This document shows positions 38,359-48,727 of a stretch of 64,000 nucleotides of DNA, in pieces. Made by a program: the position numbers and the translations under genes. Source of the stretch: Promethearchaeota archaeon (lineage in GTDB: Archaea > Asgardarchaeota > Lokiarchaeia > Sigyniarchaeales > SOKP01); contig JAUVNS010000008.1 of NCBI GenBank assembly GCA_030599585.1, positions 96,001 to 160,000 on the forward strand. The letters run 5' to 3'. The notes under the pieces are model-generated. The model did no database searches and was not told the DNA's origin. It saw only the letters and a list, made by a program, of their open reading frames with translations. Within the stretch, counting starts at the first letter, position 1. Each line of letters starts with the position of its first letter.

Positions 38359-39573
38359 ATGAATGAGAACAACAACCGAAAACTCTTCAAATATAAAATG
38401 TTAACACCTTTATGGATTGCGATCTTTATAGATGTTTTAGGCTTCACAATTCTTTTTCCAATGGTAGGTTATTTTAGCGAGCTTTTCAATACTTCGCAAA
38501 CGATGATTGGTTTAATTTTTTCTGTTAATGCTATGTTTGGTTTTGTTTTTGGACCTATTTTAGCAAAACTCAGTGATAAATACGGAAGAAAGCCGCTATT
38601 ATTAATTTCTCAATTTGGAACACTTTTGGCTTTTATATTAACCGCTTTTTCAGGCAATTTAATGATGTTAGTAATAGCGCGTATGATTGACGGCATGTTT
38701 GGAGGAAATTTCCCTATTGCAAAAGCTATTATTAGCGATAGAGTCCCACCAAAAGATCGGGGTATTCAAATGGCTAATGTGGGAATTGCGCATGTTTTAG
38801 CTTCATTAATTGGCCCAGCCATAGGTGGATTTTTCTTCACATATTTTGGGCTTTTAGGACCTGGATTATTTGCAGCGGGATTTACAGTTATTACGATTAT
38901 AGTTACTATAGTTATGTTGGAGGAAACCTGGACAAAAGAAGATAGAGCTCAGAACCATCGAGAGAAACTTGAAACTTCGCTTAAAATAAGGAATAATAAA
39001 AACGCTCTGTTCATGTTAGTTCTCTGGGCTTTTCATACGATTTCATTCACCACAGTTATGACTTCTATATCCTTTTTTAGTGCTAGCGTTTTGCATCTCG
39101 AACCACTTGAAATGTCTTTTCTATTTATGATCTCTGGCATTTTTAGAGCTGGAGTGAGATTTACACTTTTTAAACCCACGATAAGAAAACTTGGGGAGAG
39201 TAATGCAATACGATTAGGATTAGCTATGTTTGTTGTAAGCTTTTTTTTATTAGGTTTTTCTACAAATGTTATCGCTGTCATAATACTTTTTATGTTTATC
39301 AGTTTTGCTGCCTCCTTAACCCGGGGGCCTTTGAATAGTAAAATTAGTCAAACAGCATCTCCTCAGGAACAAGGCAAAATAAATGGACTTTCTTCCGCAT
39401 TGGATAGCGTCGCCCAGATATTGGGGCCCTTAATTGGACCTTTTATACTTGACACACTACCACCGTATTGGTTAGGGATAGTTGTTTCATTAATCGCATT
39501 ACCAGCACTTCTAATGTCCACGAGGAAAATAGAGAAAAAAAAATATGATCTCTCAAAGAACGCATTACTTTAA
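38359..39573 (+). CDS. MFS transporter (TetA/DHA1-like)
   Basis: IFIDVLGF, KLSDKYGRKPLL, ARMIDG, GPAIGG motifs. Confidence 0.92.
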   Translation: MNENNNRKLFKYKMLTPLWIAIFIDVLGFTILFPMVGYFSELFNTSQTMIGLIFSVNAMFGFVFGPILAKLSDKYGRKPLLLISQFGTLLAFILTAFSGNLMMLVIARMIDGMFGGNFPIAKAIISDRVPPKDRGIQMANVGIAHVLASLIGPAIGGFFFTYFGLLGPGLFAAGFTVITIIVTIVMLEETWTKEDRAQNHREKLETSLKIRNNKNALFMLVLWAFHTISFTTVMTSISFFSASVLHLEPLEMSFLFMISGIFRAGVRFTLFKPTIRKLGESNAIRLGLAMFVVSFFLLGFSTNVIAVIILFMFISFAASLTRGPLNSKISQTASPQEQGKINGLSSALDSVAQILGPLIGPFILDTLPPYWLGIVVSLIALPALLMSTRKIEKKKYDLSKNALL

Positions 39574-39603
39574 TCTTAAACAAAAATAGAAAAAGTAGGA
39601 ATT

Positions 39604-40452
39604 TTACTCGTTTAAGAAATCTATTATTGTCTGATTTACTTCAGGGGCTTTTGAGAGAGGGCTACTATGACCCGCTTTATCAATTACTACAAGTTTACTA
39701 TTAGGTAATTTTTCGTGAATCTGTTCCATTGATGATTTTGACATTAACCTATCGTGAGAAGCAACAAGTATTAGGGTTGGATTTTTTATAGTATCTAATC
39801 TATCAAAAGTATCGTGAGTCTTTAAAGCTTCAGCTTGCATGGTAATGTCCTTAGCTGTTGGAGGATCTATTGTACTCATTTCTATCAAATCTTCTGCAGA
39901 CCAAAGACCATACCATTTTTTAGAAGGTTCAGCTTCTAATTGCTTTCTGAATTTTATATAGTAACTAGATCGAGTTCCAGACCACCATGCTTTAACTGGG
40001 TCTTCTTTTTTCATTTCTAACTCACTTAACCGCATATTTTTATAAACTGTAGGTCCCCCCTCGTCAGGGAAACCATAATTGGTGTTAATTAATATTATTT
40101 TATTTACTCTCTCTGGATACTTCAAAACGAAATTCTGCACGATCATTCCACCAAGGCTCCAACCCGCAATATTTGCTTTTTCAATTCCAAGATGATCCAT
40201 AAGACCGTTGATATCATCTGCGAAAACTTCCATTGTATATTCAGTATCAGGTCTATCAGATTTTCCTGCTCCACGATTATCTAATCTTATAACCTTAAAA
40301 TGTTTTGATAAATCGGGTATTTGAGCAATCCACGATTCCTTTTTCGCTCCAAATCCGTGAATTAAAAATAAAGGGTAGCCATCTCCAAAGACTTCATAAC
40401 ATAGCTTAACACCATTAACATCTGCATATTGTTCTGTCATTTCTAAACACAT
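39604..40452 (-). CDS. Alpha/beta hydrolase
   Basis: IHGFG, DNRGAGKS, GWSLGG, HD, GH motifs; start probably MTEQY. Confidence 0.92.
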   Translation of the reverse strand: MCLEMTEQYADVNGVKLCYEVFGDGYPLFLIHGFGAKKESWIAQIPDLSKHFKVIRLDNRGAGKSDRPDTEYTMEVFADDINGLMDHLGIEKANIAGWSLGGMIVQNFVLKYPERVNKIILINTNYGFPDEGGPTVYKNMRLSELEMKKEDPVKAWWSGTRSSYYIKFRKQLEAEPSKKWYGLWSAEDLIEMSTIDPPTAKDITMQAEALKTHDTFDRLDTIKNPTLILVASHDRLMSKSSMEQIHEKLPNSKLVVIDKAGHSSPLSKAPEVNQTIIDFLNE

Positions 40453-40610
40453 TTTACTTATTAATTATTTAGTTTAACAAGGATTCAGTTTTATTTAAGA
40501 TTTCTTCTTCACTAAAATAAAGAAACATAGTTTACTTAATCTCGATAAAAAAATTATAAAAACAATTCTATTTAGAAACTTTACTTCTAATTTGTTATAT
40601 ACATAAGAGA

Positions 40611-41381
40611 GTGAGAAAAATGGAAGAAAAAAGAGTTTTAATCCCTTCTGCTACTGGTAATAAACTTCATGGAGTTTTATACATTGCGTCTGAAAAAAAC
40701 ATTCCTCTGACAACGCCAATTTTAATTATGTGTCATGGTTTCACGGGAGATAAATACGAGTGGGGGCGCTTTCCTAAAACAGCAAAAGTTTTAAATAAAG
40801 AAGGTTATGATGTGCTCATATTTGACTTTTCTGGTTCAGGAGAAAATAAGAGAGAAGTAGTTAATTTATCAAAACAAGCCACTGATCTAGAAAATGTCTA
40901 TGAATGGGTAAAAATTCAGGGATATTCAAAAATCGCTGTATTGGGCCTCTCTTTTGGCGGTCAGACGGTATTAAAAGCAAGTTTGCCTGAAATAATAACT
41001 TACATATTTTGGGCACCACTTCTATTACTCCACACAACAGGAGACCAGGCTGATTGGTTTAAGGATATAGCTAAAGGACCTGTAGAAATTCCCTCATCAG
41101 GAGAATTTGACCCCATAATAATTGACATGAGTTTTGTGACAGATATGGGACAATTCCGAGTAAAACCTGCTTTAAAGAAATTATATCCGCCTACTCTTAT
41201 AGTTCAAGGCACTAATGACGATAAAGTTCCTTTGGAATTGACTAAGAAAGCATTCAGTATGATGCCTCAAGATAACAATCATAAGTTAGTAGAAGTTCAA
41301 GACGCAACTCACGATTTTAACGAAAAACACTTACAAGAATTTATTAAGGAAACAGTAAGTTGGTTGAAAAGCTATTTATAA
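40611..41381 (+). CDS. Alpha/beta hydrolase
   Basis: CHGFTG, FDFSGSGE, GLSFGG, QGTNDDKVP, ATH motifs. Confidence 0.9.
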   Translation: MRKMEEKRVLIPSATGNKLHGVLYIASEKNIPLTTPILIMCHGFTGDKYEWGRFPKTAKVLNKEGYDVLIFDFSGSGENKREVVNLSKQATDLENVYEWVKIQGYSKIAVLGLSFGGQTVLKASLPEIITYIFWAPLLLLHTTGDQADWFKDIAKGPVEIPSSGEFDPIIIDMSFVTDMGQFRVKPALKKLYPPTLIVQGTNDDKVPLELTKKAFSMMPQDNNHKLVEVQDATHDFNEKHLQEFIKETVSWLKSYL

Positions 41382-41387
41382 AAAAAA

Positions 41388-43748
41388 TTATTTATTACTT
41401 TTGCTCTTTATTACTCTTGGAGGGTCTAATTTTAATATTTTAAAATTATCTAATAAGTCCTCAAATCCTTTATTAGAAATAATAAATTTACCCTGAGATT
41501 TGGATAGAATCTGAGAGTTGGAGGCTTTTTCAATGTGGTTAAGTATCATTGTTCCATAGTAGTTATTAGAAAGGTCATGAATATCATACGATGTATCGTT
41601 AATTTTGTATATTTTGCATTTTAAAAGTTCTTGTCTCAACATGTAAATTACTTTAACAGACCATTTTTTGAAAGTAGGGAATTTTTTCAGCGATTTTAAG
41701 TTAATTAGCTCCAATTGATTGCTTTTAATTAATTCGCTTAGTTTTAACGATACGAATTTCTTAAAATCTAACTTTAGCTCCTGTAACGATTGCTTTTTTA
41801 AGGAATTACTTTTAAATCCGGTTAGATACGATGGATCTGTGAAAATCTTTGAATGTCGTTCAAAACCAATTATTCTTAAAACTTTTTTTTTATAATTTGG
41901 TTTCTGTATTATCTTTAAGTACGTTTTATTTAATTCTTTTAGAATTTTACTTTGAATAAAATTACTAAAATATTTCCTGACGCTTTCTTTTTTTGGTAAA
42001 AAACTTTGTTTGAACCTTTCATCTATTTTATCATAAGCATCTAGTTCGTCAATTTGGTATTCTTTTAATTGGGTTATAATCTCGAAAGGGATATATGTTG
42101 AGACGAATTCTATTCCTTCCCATATGAGTTCTATTGCTGTCTTTATGTTAATCCTTCTTAAAGGCCTTATAATTTTAATATTACCCGCTTTAATTGCGAT
42201 TGGGGTCGTTTTACACAAAATTAGATCAAAAGGTTTAATTTCATGTGTTAAGGGATGATTATTATCTGGGATCAAGAATCCATCAGAAAATTGGCATATA
42301 TAACTCCCTAATATGGGCTTTTGGGCTAAGTCCCACTCAAGTATCATAAAATTCTCTAATTCTTTAAAGTTCACATCAAAATCTAAGTCAATTACGTTGT
42401 CGGTATAAACGGTATTTTTAATTTTTGGATTCTCACTTCCCCAGAATTGTTTTACTGGATTTCTAACTGGGTTATTTCCATCAAATATTTCATTAAATAC
42501 GGGATAGTTTTCTATAAAATAACTTTGTTCAAGATATTCTAAGTGGTGTTTTTCGAGGCCGCACTTTTCTAAAACGTAATAATACAATGGTATTTCTGAC
42601 CGGGAGGAAGACACCCAGATTAGTGTAGGATAGTTGTATCTATAATTAAATTTCATTTGTTTGAGTTTATCTGATTGAGTGTTCGCAATTACTAATGACC
42701 TAAGAAATCCATGTTTCTGCTTAAGCCCCTCTAAATATAGATCGCTCAACTTTTCCTTGTAGGTACCTATTTGTGAATAGATTTCGGTATTATTATTGAA
42801 ATTGCAATTTTTGGCAATTTTTAAATAACCATCCATGTTATCTTCTGATTCCATATTCAAAATTGCTTCTTTAACGCTTTCTAAAGTTAATTCTGCGATC
42901 TGCGTTTTTAAATCTATCTTTGAACTCTTGGGAAGATTTTTAAAAAAATCATCTAAATAAATTCCAGGAGCAAACTTATGAAGTAATAGATATCTAAGGA
43001 TTGGATTTCCCAGAGCAGTTACATTCATTTTTTTAATGGTTTCAACAACAAGTTTTTTAGGGAAATCGAAGAAAAGATTTTGTAAGTTGAGAATTGTGTC
43101 AATCTTTCTGTATAATTCATATTCCACAATGCTACTAAAAAGCGAGCTTATAAACTTAGGATAATCCGTAATAAAATCTCTTATTTCCTTAAATTTGACA
43201 GCGTATTTTATGAATTGGTCATTTAAATTGTATTTCAGAGAAATGTCTGCGATTTTCTTAACGTAATCTAAATTATTAGATTCTTTATGAGCTTGTTCTA
43301 AAAAATTTATTGCTTCATAATATTTTGAGTCTTTAATTAACTCCTCTGCTTTAACTATGAAATTCTCAGTTTTACTTTGCTTAATCAGATTAAAATTCGC
43401 AGAGAAATTTATAGTTCTTATATCTTTACACACGCTTTTGCATATATCTGGTTCAAGTAAGAGTAAAACTTTGACAATGTGTTTACAGAATTTCGTATTT
43501 TTTTTAAAATCAGGGCAGTCGTGGACGATATTTACTCGTCGCTCGTCTTGAAATATGTTTACTACATATTTTGAGTTACCGGAGCCTTGAAGATTAACTA
43601 AAATTTTAATTTTTGGATTCTTTACCACATTGAAATTAATTATGTTTTTATTTGGAATGTTTTTTCCTCGATTAAATCTAGCTCCCATTACATGTCTTCT
43701 GAATAAATCGCCATTCTGAAAATAATTTTTAAGACTTATATTGTTCAC
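41388..43748 (-). CDS. SWIM zinc-finger domain protein
   Basis: QGSG..KY.V...HDCPDF....FCKH.V.VLL (SWIM with His in place of the first Cys); long helical body. Confidence 0.7.
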   Translation of the reverse strand: MNNISLKNYFQNGDLFRRHVMGARFNRGKNIPNKNIINFNVVKNPKIKILVNLQGSGNSKYVVNIFQDERRVNIVHDCPDFKKNTKFCKHIVKVLLLLEPDICKSVCKDIRTINFSANFNLIKQSKTENFIVKAEELIKDSKYYEAINFLEQAHKESNNLDYVKKIADISLKYNLNDQFIKYAVKFKEIRDFITDYPKFISSLFSSIVEYELYRKIDTILNLQNLFFDFPKKLVVETIKKMNVTALGNPILRYLLLHKFAPGIYLDDFFKNLPKSSKIDLKTQIAELTLESVKEAILNMESEDNMDGYLKIAKNCNFNNNTEIYSQIGTYKEKLSDLYLEGLKQKHGFLRSLVIANTQSDKLKQMKFNYRYNYPTLIWVSSSRSEIPLYYYVLEKCGLEKHHLEYLEQSYFIENYPVFNEIFDGNNPVRNPVKQFWGSENPKIKNTVYTDNVIDLDFDVNFKELENFMILEWDLAQKPILGSYICQFSDGFLIPDNNHPLTHEIKPFDLILCKTTPIAIKAGNIKIIRPLRRINIKTAIELIWEGIEFVSTYIPFEIITQLKEYQIDELDAYDKIDERFKQSFLPKKESVRKYFSNFIQSKILKELNKTYLKIIQKPNYKKKVLRIIGFERHSKIFTDPSYLTGFKSNSLKKQSLQELKLDFKKFVSLKLSELIKSNQLELINLKSLKKFPTFKKWSVKVIYMLRQELLKCKIYKINDTSYDIHDLSNNYYGTMILNHIEKASNSQILSKSQGKFIISNKGFEDLLDNFKILKLDPPRVIKSKSNK

Positions 43749-43772
43749 CTTTAAAACATGAGTGGAATTAAT

Positions 43773-46361
43773 TTATTGGCTGGTAATGATTTCAGATATT
43801 AATTTTGGAAAGTCTCGCCACTGGTTTAGTGTTAAAAGTACTCCATTTGCCTCTTTTACCATTTTCTTTGCCATTACCGGAGAAAATCCAAATTTTGGAA
43901 CAACCATAACGAATTTTATATCTTTATCCTTCATTTTTTTTAATTCTCTTAAGCTATTTTTGAAGTCAAAAACATCTGCGTCTGTGAATAATATATTCAG
44001 TTTGTATTTCGAGCGAGCTTTTTTTTCAAATTGAAGATTTGCCCATTTAAGAGCGTGGTTTATACATGTGCCTCCCCTTGCGGTTATATCAAGTAATTCG
44101 TCAACAACTTTTTCCAATTCAACATCCTCATCAAGATTCTTTAATTTATGCGTGTTAGACTCAAAAAAAGTGAGTGCGATTTCTTCTGGTTTAAATGCAT
44201 ATACTAACATTGTTGTGCATAACGCCATTTGAGCTAACTTGTTTCCACTCATACTCCCGCTTATATCCAATTCAAGAACCATGCATCGAAGCCCATCAGT
44301 AGTTTTTGACACTAAAAAATCGTCGTTAGAAATTGTTTCAACGGTTTTCCCGCCTTCCAGTAAATTACTTATAGTCTCTTCTAGATCAATTAATTCAAAA
44401 TCGTCTCCTAAAGTGTAAGGGATTACAATGTTTTCTACGAGGGGTCCAGATTTGGCGGTACCAATTAGGGAGTTTGCCGCATTAATACCTAAATCAATCA
44501 TAATTTGTTTTATGATCTCTTTCAACTTCTTCTTGATTTTGGCTGAAACATTGTGCCTTGAATAAAACCACTGCTCCAATAAATCCAAACCACTACCTGC
44601 ACCCAAAGAGGAAAATGCCATATCTAGAGCATCGTTGCCCATTTGTTCAGCTGATCTTAATACTTGAGATAAATTTTTTTCGCTTAATGCGCTTAGAACA
44701 TCTAAATTCGGCTGTTTTGGTGGAACACCTCCTAACGCTAACTTAACAATCTCATCAATCTGTTGGGGAGATATTTCCATCTGCTCGAGATAATCCTTAT
44801 ATGTTTGGTAATTTGATTGATTCTCCTTAACAATTTGTTTAAAAACTTTATAACTTTTCTCGATTAAGTTAAGAATTTCTATTTCTGTCATATTTAGCCT
44901 TTTGCCTGCGTTTTTGATTGAGTTAATGTTCGGAGAAAAGCCTTTCTTGTTAAAATCTTTAACCATATTACTTAATGAGCTTTTATTTGCTGCACCTTCG
45001 ACTGCGTTATTAACTAAATCAGAAATTTTATTGGTCAGTTGCGCTTGGCAAGAGAAATCGCTACAATTTTCTTTAGATCTAACTAAGTTATCGATGTAAT
45101 TCTTTATCTGGGCATCGACCATTTGCTTATCGCTGTAATCGTCGTTTATTGATTGAACATCTTTATCAATAATCTTTGACATTAATTTTCGCCATGCAGG
45201 AGACTTAATAGGGTTATTAATTAAATCTTTTTTAATGTCAGTTGAATTTTTTCCTTTACTAAAATTATCAAAATTGGCGATAATTTGATCTAAATATTGT
45301 TCGCTCAAATTATCTCCAAAATATTGATCAAAGTTCTTTGCATTATTATAAGCGTCTTTAAATGGGAGCTTCAAACTAGTATTTAAGATATTAACCATTT
45401 TTTTCTTCGCTATATTGGGATTTGACCCCAAGACTCTTGAAGTGTTAAAGATATCGTTTAAATTTTTGTTAGAATTAGAGAGATTTTGTTTCAAAAGACT
45501 TTTTAATATGTTTTGACCTTGTTGGGTTAATATATTAGATTTCAAGGCAAATTCAGCAATGTTCAATCCTTCAAAGGAATTATCCTTTAAAGCTTTTTTA
45601 AGACTTTCCTTAAATTTGTCCAAATTTTGGTCTTTTGCGAGTTGAGACATTATTTTTTCTTTTAACGAGTCAGATTTCGAAATAATATCGTCCAGCAAAT
45701 TTAATTTTTCTGCCGCATCTATATCCTCAGGTTCTAAATGGTTTATTTTATTTTTTAATAATTCTTTTGCGTAATCGAGCAAAGCTTTTAAATCCTTAAA
45801 TTGATTGAAGTTTGCTATAGCGTTATTGTCAATAACATCTAAAGCTGTTTTATATGGATCTTCTTCCAGCTCTTTGCTAAATTGGTCAAAAAAATCGTTT
45901 AAACTCTCGTCCATTAACTGATCTAAATCAAGATCTTCTAACTCTTTAAAAAAATTATTTAATAATTCAAAATCGTCAAACATCTCATCTAATTCACTCA
46001 AATCTAATCCTAAATCATCGAGTAAGTCTTGGGCCGTTTCGCTCCCAAACATATCAGATTTTGCCATGTCAGAAGACATACGATTCTTCATGGGTTCATT
46101 ATATGTTAATAACTCTGTGGCAATTTTGCGGGCTAAAGCTTGATTTTCAAGAGGACTAGTAACAACTGCAATTTCAATAAAGTCGTTGATTTCACAAACA
46201 CCTTTATTCATAAATCTCGCTATTATTAATTTACAAATTGCAATTGCCTGGCGAATCGATGGCTTATACATACTTTTCTCATGGTTCCTTAATGCATTTA
46301 TGAACTTAAGAGAAAACCAAACTGGGCTTTGGGGGAAGATTATCATCCAGATCAATACCAA
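43773..46361 (-). CDS. VWA domain protein (CoxE-like partner of MoxR)
   Basis: LDISGSM MIDAS, GGTCI, FTDAD; IDLEETI pre-VWA motif. Confidence 0.88.
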   Translation of the reverse strand: MVLIWMIIFPQSPVWFSLKFINALRNHEKSMYKPSIRQAIAICKLIIARFMNKGVCEINDFIEIAVVTSPLENQALARKIATELLTYNEPMKNRMSSDMAKSDMFGSETAQDLLDDLGLDLSELDEMFDDFELLNNFFKELEDLDLDQLMDESLNDFFDQFSKELEEDPYKTALDVIDNNAIANFNQFKDLKALLDYAKELLKNKINHLEPEDIDAAEKLNLLDDIISKSDSLKEKIMSQLAKDQNLDKFKESLKKALKDNSFEGLNIAEFALKSNILTQQGQNILKSLLKQNLSNSNKNLNDIFNTSRVLGSNPNIAKKKMVNILNTSLKLPFKDAYNNAKNFDQYFGDNLSEQYLDQIIANFDNFSKGKNSTDIKKDLINNPIKSPAWRKLMSKIIDKDVQSINDDYSDKQMVDAQIKNYIDNLVRSKENCSDFSCQAQLTNKISDLVNNAVEGAANKSSLSNMVKDFNKKGFSPNINSIKNAGKRLNMTEIEILNLIEKSYKVFKQIVKENQSNYQTYKDYLEQMEISPQQIDEIVKLALGGVPPKQPNLDVLSALSEKNLSQVLRSAEQMGNDALDMAFSSLGAGSGLDLLEQWFYSRHNVSAKIKKKLKEIIKQIMIDLGINAANSLIGTAKSGPLVENIVIPYTLGDDFELIDLEETISNLLEGGKTVETISNDDFLVSKTTDGLRCMVLELDISGSMSGNKLAQMALCTTMLVYAFKPEEIALTFFESNTHKLKNLDEDVELEKVVDELLDITARGGTCINHALKWANLQFEKKARSKYKLNILFTDADVFDFKNSLRELKKMKDKDIKFVMVVPKFGFSPVMAKKMVKEANGVLLTLNQWRDFPKLISEIITSQ

Positions 46362-46379
46362 TATATTAATTAATTTAAA

Positions 46380-47537
46380 TTATGCTGACCCTAGAACTTG
46401 AGAGATTATGTTGGTAATAACATCCTTAGCTTTAACGCCAGGCTTAGCCTGGATAGCTCCAAATAAAACATTGCTTGCAAGATTCCTTAGAATTTTATGT
46501 GTATCTGCTTTCTTATTTCTTTTCTGAGCTACACCCGTTAACCTGGCCAACGCAATCCCACTTCTTAAACTGGCTGGTGTTTGGACTTGGTGATGGGTGC
46601 GAGTTCTATTAATAATTAAGTAGATTTTCTCTAAAATGCTCTCATCGACTTTATAATATGGGTTGTTATGCTCTATTATTTTCATTTCGGTCTTTTTATC
46701 AGGGTAGTCAAGCTCAATCCAGACGTTAAATCGATCTTTTAGGGCTTCACCTAATCTATGTGTTCCTACTAATTCTGATGGATTCATAGCGCCAATAAAG
46801 AAAAAACCAGGGGACGATTTGACGCGCCCTATGTGCGGAATGGATAAAGTCCTTTCTTCTAAAGGTTCTAATAATGAATTCTGTGTGTATTCAGTAGCAC
46901 GATTTATTTCATTCGCTAAAAACAATCCACCGTTTAACATCGCTTTTATGAGTGGCCCTGGATTGAACGCTTCGAACGAAAAACCCTTTTGAATCGTTGT
47001 TGCTGGATTAAATGAACCTATTAAGTGAGAGGGTTTAGTTGATTCGTCAAATGTTATCCACTCAAACGAATCATTTCCAGTGATTTCTGCTCGTGATTGA
47101 GCGTAATACCTACATAGTGTCGTCTTGCCTATTCCTGGTGGCCCTACTAAAATTGGGTATAAGTTGGAAGCGTCTGCTTCAAACATTAAATCAAGAGCTT
47201 TCTCATACTGACCTGTTAAAACGATGTCTAGCTTTTCTTTTTTCTGAAGAAGTAGATTTCTTTCAAACAAATCTTTTAAGCTTGCTTGTTTCTGATTCAG
47301 CTGACTTTTATCATTCCCTCTGAAATACGGAGAACTCTTTAAAATTGAAATGTTATCTAATATTTTTTCTTTAGGCTCTTTCGGAGGTGTTTTTTTAGCA
47401 GTAGGTTTTTTTGCTGTGATACTAGTTTTTGCCGTCGTTTTGGTATTAGTTTTAAGAATTGTTTTAGTTGGAGTTTTATTTGGGCTTTTTTGAGTTTTTT
47501 TAATCTGATTATTTTTAGTTACGGGTTTCTTTGCCAT
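46380..47537 (-). CDS. MoxR-family AAA+ ATPase
   Basis: GPPGIGKT, GPL..AM, ANEINR, GAMNP, EALKDRF, LDYP motifs; Lys/Thr-rich N-terminal tail. Confidence 0.92.
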   Translation of the reverse strand: MAKKPVTKNNQIKKTQKSPNKTPTKTILKTNTKTTAKTSITAKKPTAKKTPPKEPKEKILDNISILKSSPYFRGNDKSQLNQKQASLKDLFERNLLLQKKEKLDIVLTGQYEKALDLMFEADASNLYPILVGPPGIGKTTLCRYYAQSRAEITGNDSFEWITFDESTKPSHLIGSFNPATTIQKGFSFEAFNPGPLIKAMLNGGLFLANEINRATEYTQNSLLEPLEERTLSIPHIGRVKSSPGFFFIGAMNPSELVGTHRLGEALKDRFNVWIELDYPDKKTEMKIIEHNNPYYKVDESILEKIYLIINRTRTHHQVQTPASLRSGIALARLTGVAQKRNKKADTHKILRNLASNVLFGAIQAKPGVKAKDVITNIISQVLGSA

Positions 47538-47745
47538 ATAGAAAACCTTTACAGTTAAATTTTTGAATTTATGTCTGATGTTTAGTAATAAACATCACTA
47601 TTATTAACTTTCAAAATCTATATATAAATCCAGAGAATAAAGAAAAAGTGAATTATTTAATATGATTCTAAGGGATAGAAACTCATTTAATTTTGCGTTT
47701 ACTTCATAATAAGAATGTTTCTCTTATTTTTTAACCCTCAATCTT

Positions 47746-48573
47746 TTATGGTGCTATAATTAAAACGATGGTATAAACAAGTATCAGATTTCCTAAAATT
47801 ATACCAACATCCTTTAGTGCGGTTCTACCTAATAAATCTTGACGAGGTTTCCTGAATATATACATGATTCCAAAAGGAAAGAAAATTATAGGGAGAAATA
47901 TAATGAATTGTGTAATGATTAGTGAGATTATTGCTATGGTTAGCGATACTAAGGAAGCAATCCAAATCACTACTTGAGAAGCCTTTGGAGATAACTTAGA
48001 TAAGGAGTCTCCATCAATTAACTCATGTAGCATTTGACCCGTAAAACCTACGGATGCTACTGAAAGTAGTATTAATAACTCAAAAACAGATAGATCGGGA
48101 AAAAAACCTAAGATAATATCACCAGCATTAATTTTTATCATCATCCATGGCAATACGATATGTGAGATTCCTAAAATGATATGGTTAATGATTACTAGTG
48201 ATTTGAACAGACAATAAAAAATTACTAAAATAACTATGATAACTAAATAAATTCCTAAGATTGGATACACAACAATTCTATTCATAAAACACATGGTTCC
48301 TATTAAGAAACATGCTAACGAGATTGTAAAAATTTCTTTACGACTATAACCTTGGATTCTTTTGAGGGTTTCGCTTTCGTCTGGATCCTTCATATCTATT
48401 ATGTCATTTAAGGTATTTCCTGTAATAGCATAAAAAGCAAACCCTGTTAATATCCAAATGTGTGCGGTGATCTCATACCCATTTAAATAAACGCTTAATA
48501 AACAAGGGACAAGAACTGAAAATAAGTATTCAATTCTTAATAATTTAAATCCATTACTCACTGAAAAAATCAC
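47746..48573 (-). CDS. UbiA-family prenyltransferase-like membrane protein
   Basis: LLRIEY start, GNTLNDIIDMKD Asp-rich motif, about 8-9 TM helices. Confidence 0.7.
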   Translation of the reverse strand: MIFSVSNGFKLLRIEYLFSVLVPCLLSVYLNGYEITAHIWILTGFAFYAITGNTLNDIIDMKDPDESETLKRIQGYSRKEIFTISLACFLIGTMCFMNRIVVYPILGIYLVIIVILVIFYCLFKSLVIINHIILGISHIVLPWMMIKINAGDIILGFFPDLSVFELLILLSVASVGFTGQMLHELIDGDSLSKLSPKASQVVIWIASLVSLTIAIISLIITQFIIFLPIIFFPFGIMYIFRKPRQDLLGRTALKDVGIILGNLILVYTIVLIIAP

Positions 48574-48727
48574 TTTAAGATATCGTATAATGAATTAATA
48601 ATTAAATAAGTAAAAAAATTTAGGATTTTAGAACAAATACTCCTAAAAATCAATTAAGGAGTAGAAATCTGGATTCATTAAATTAGAAAAAGAAAGGTGC
48701 AAGGATATGGCAGGATTGATCTAATTA

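Noticed and set aside
48638-48663. TACTCCT/AGGAGTA inverted repeat between the CoA-transferase and UbiA-like genes
   Set aside because: 7-bp stem with a 12-nt loop and no other support; could be chance
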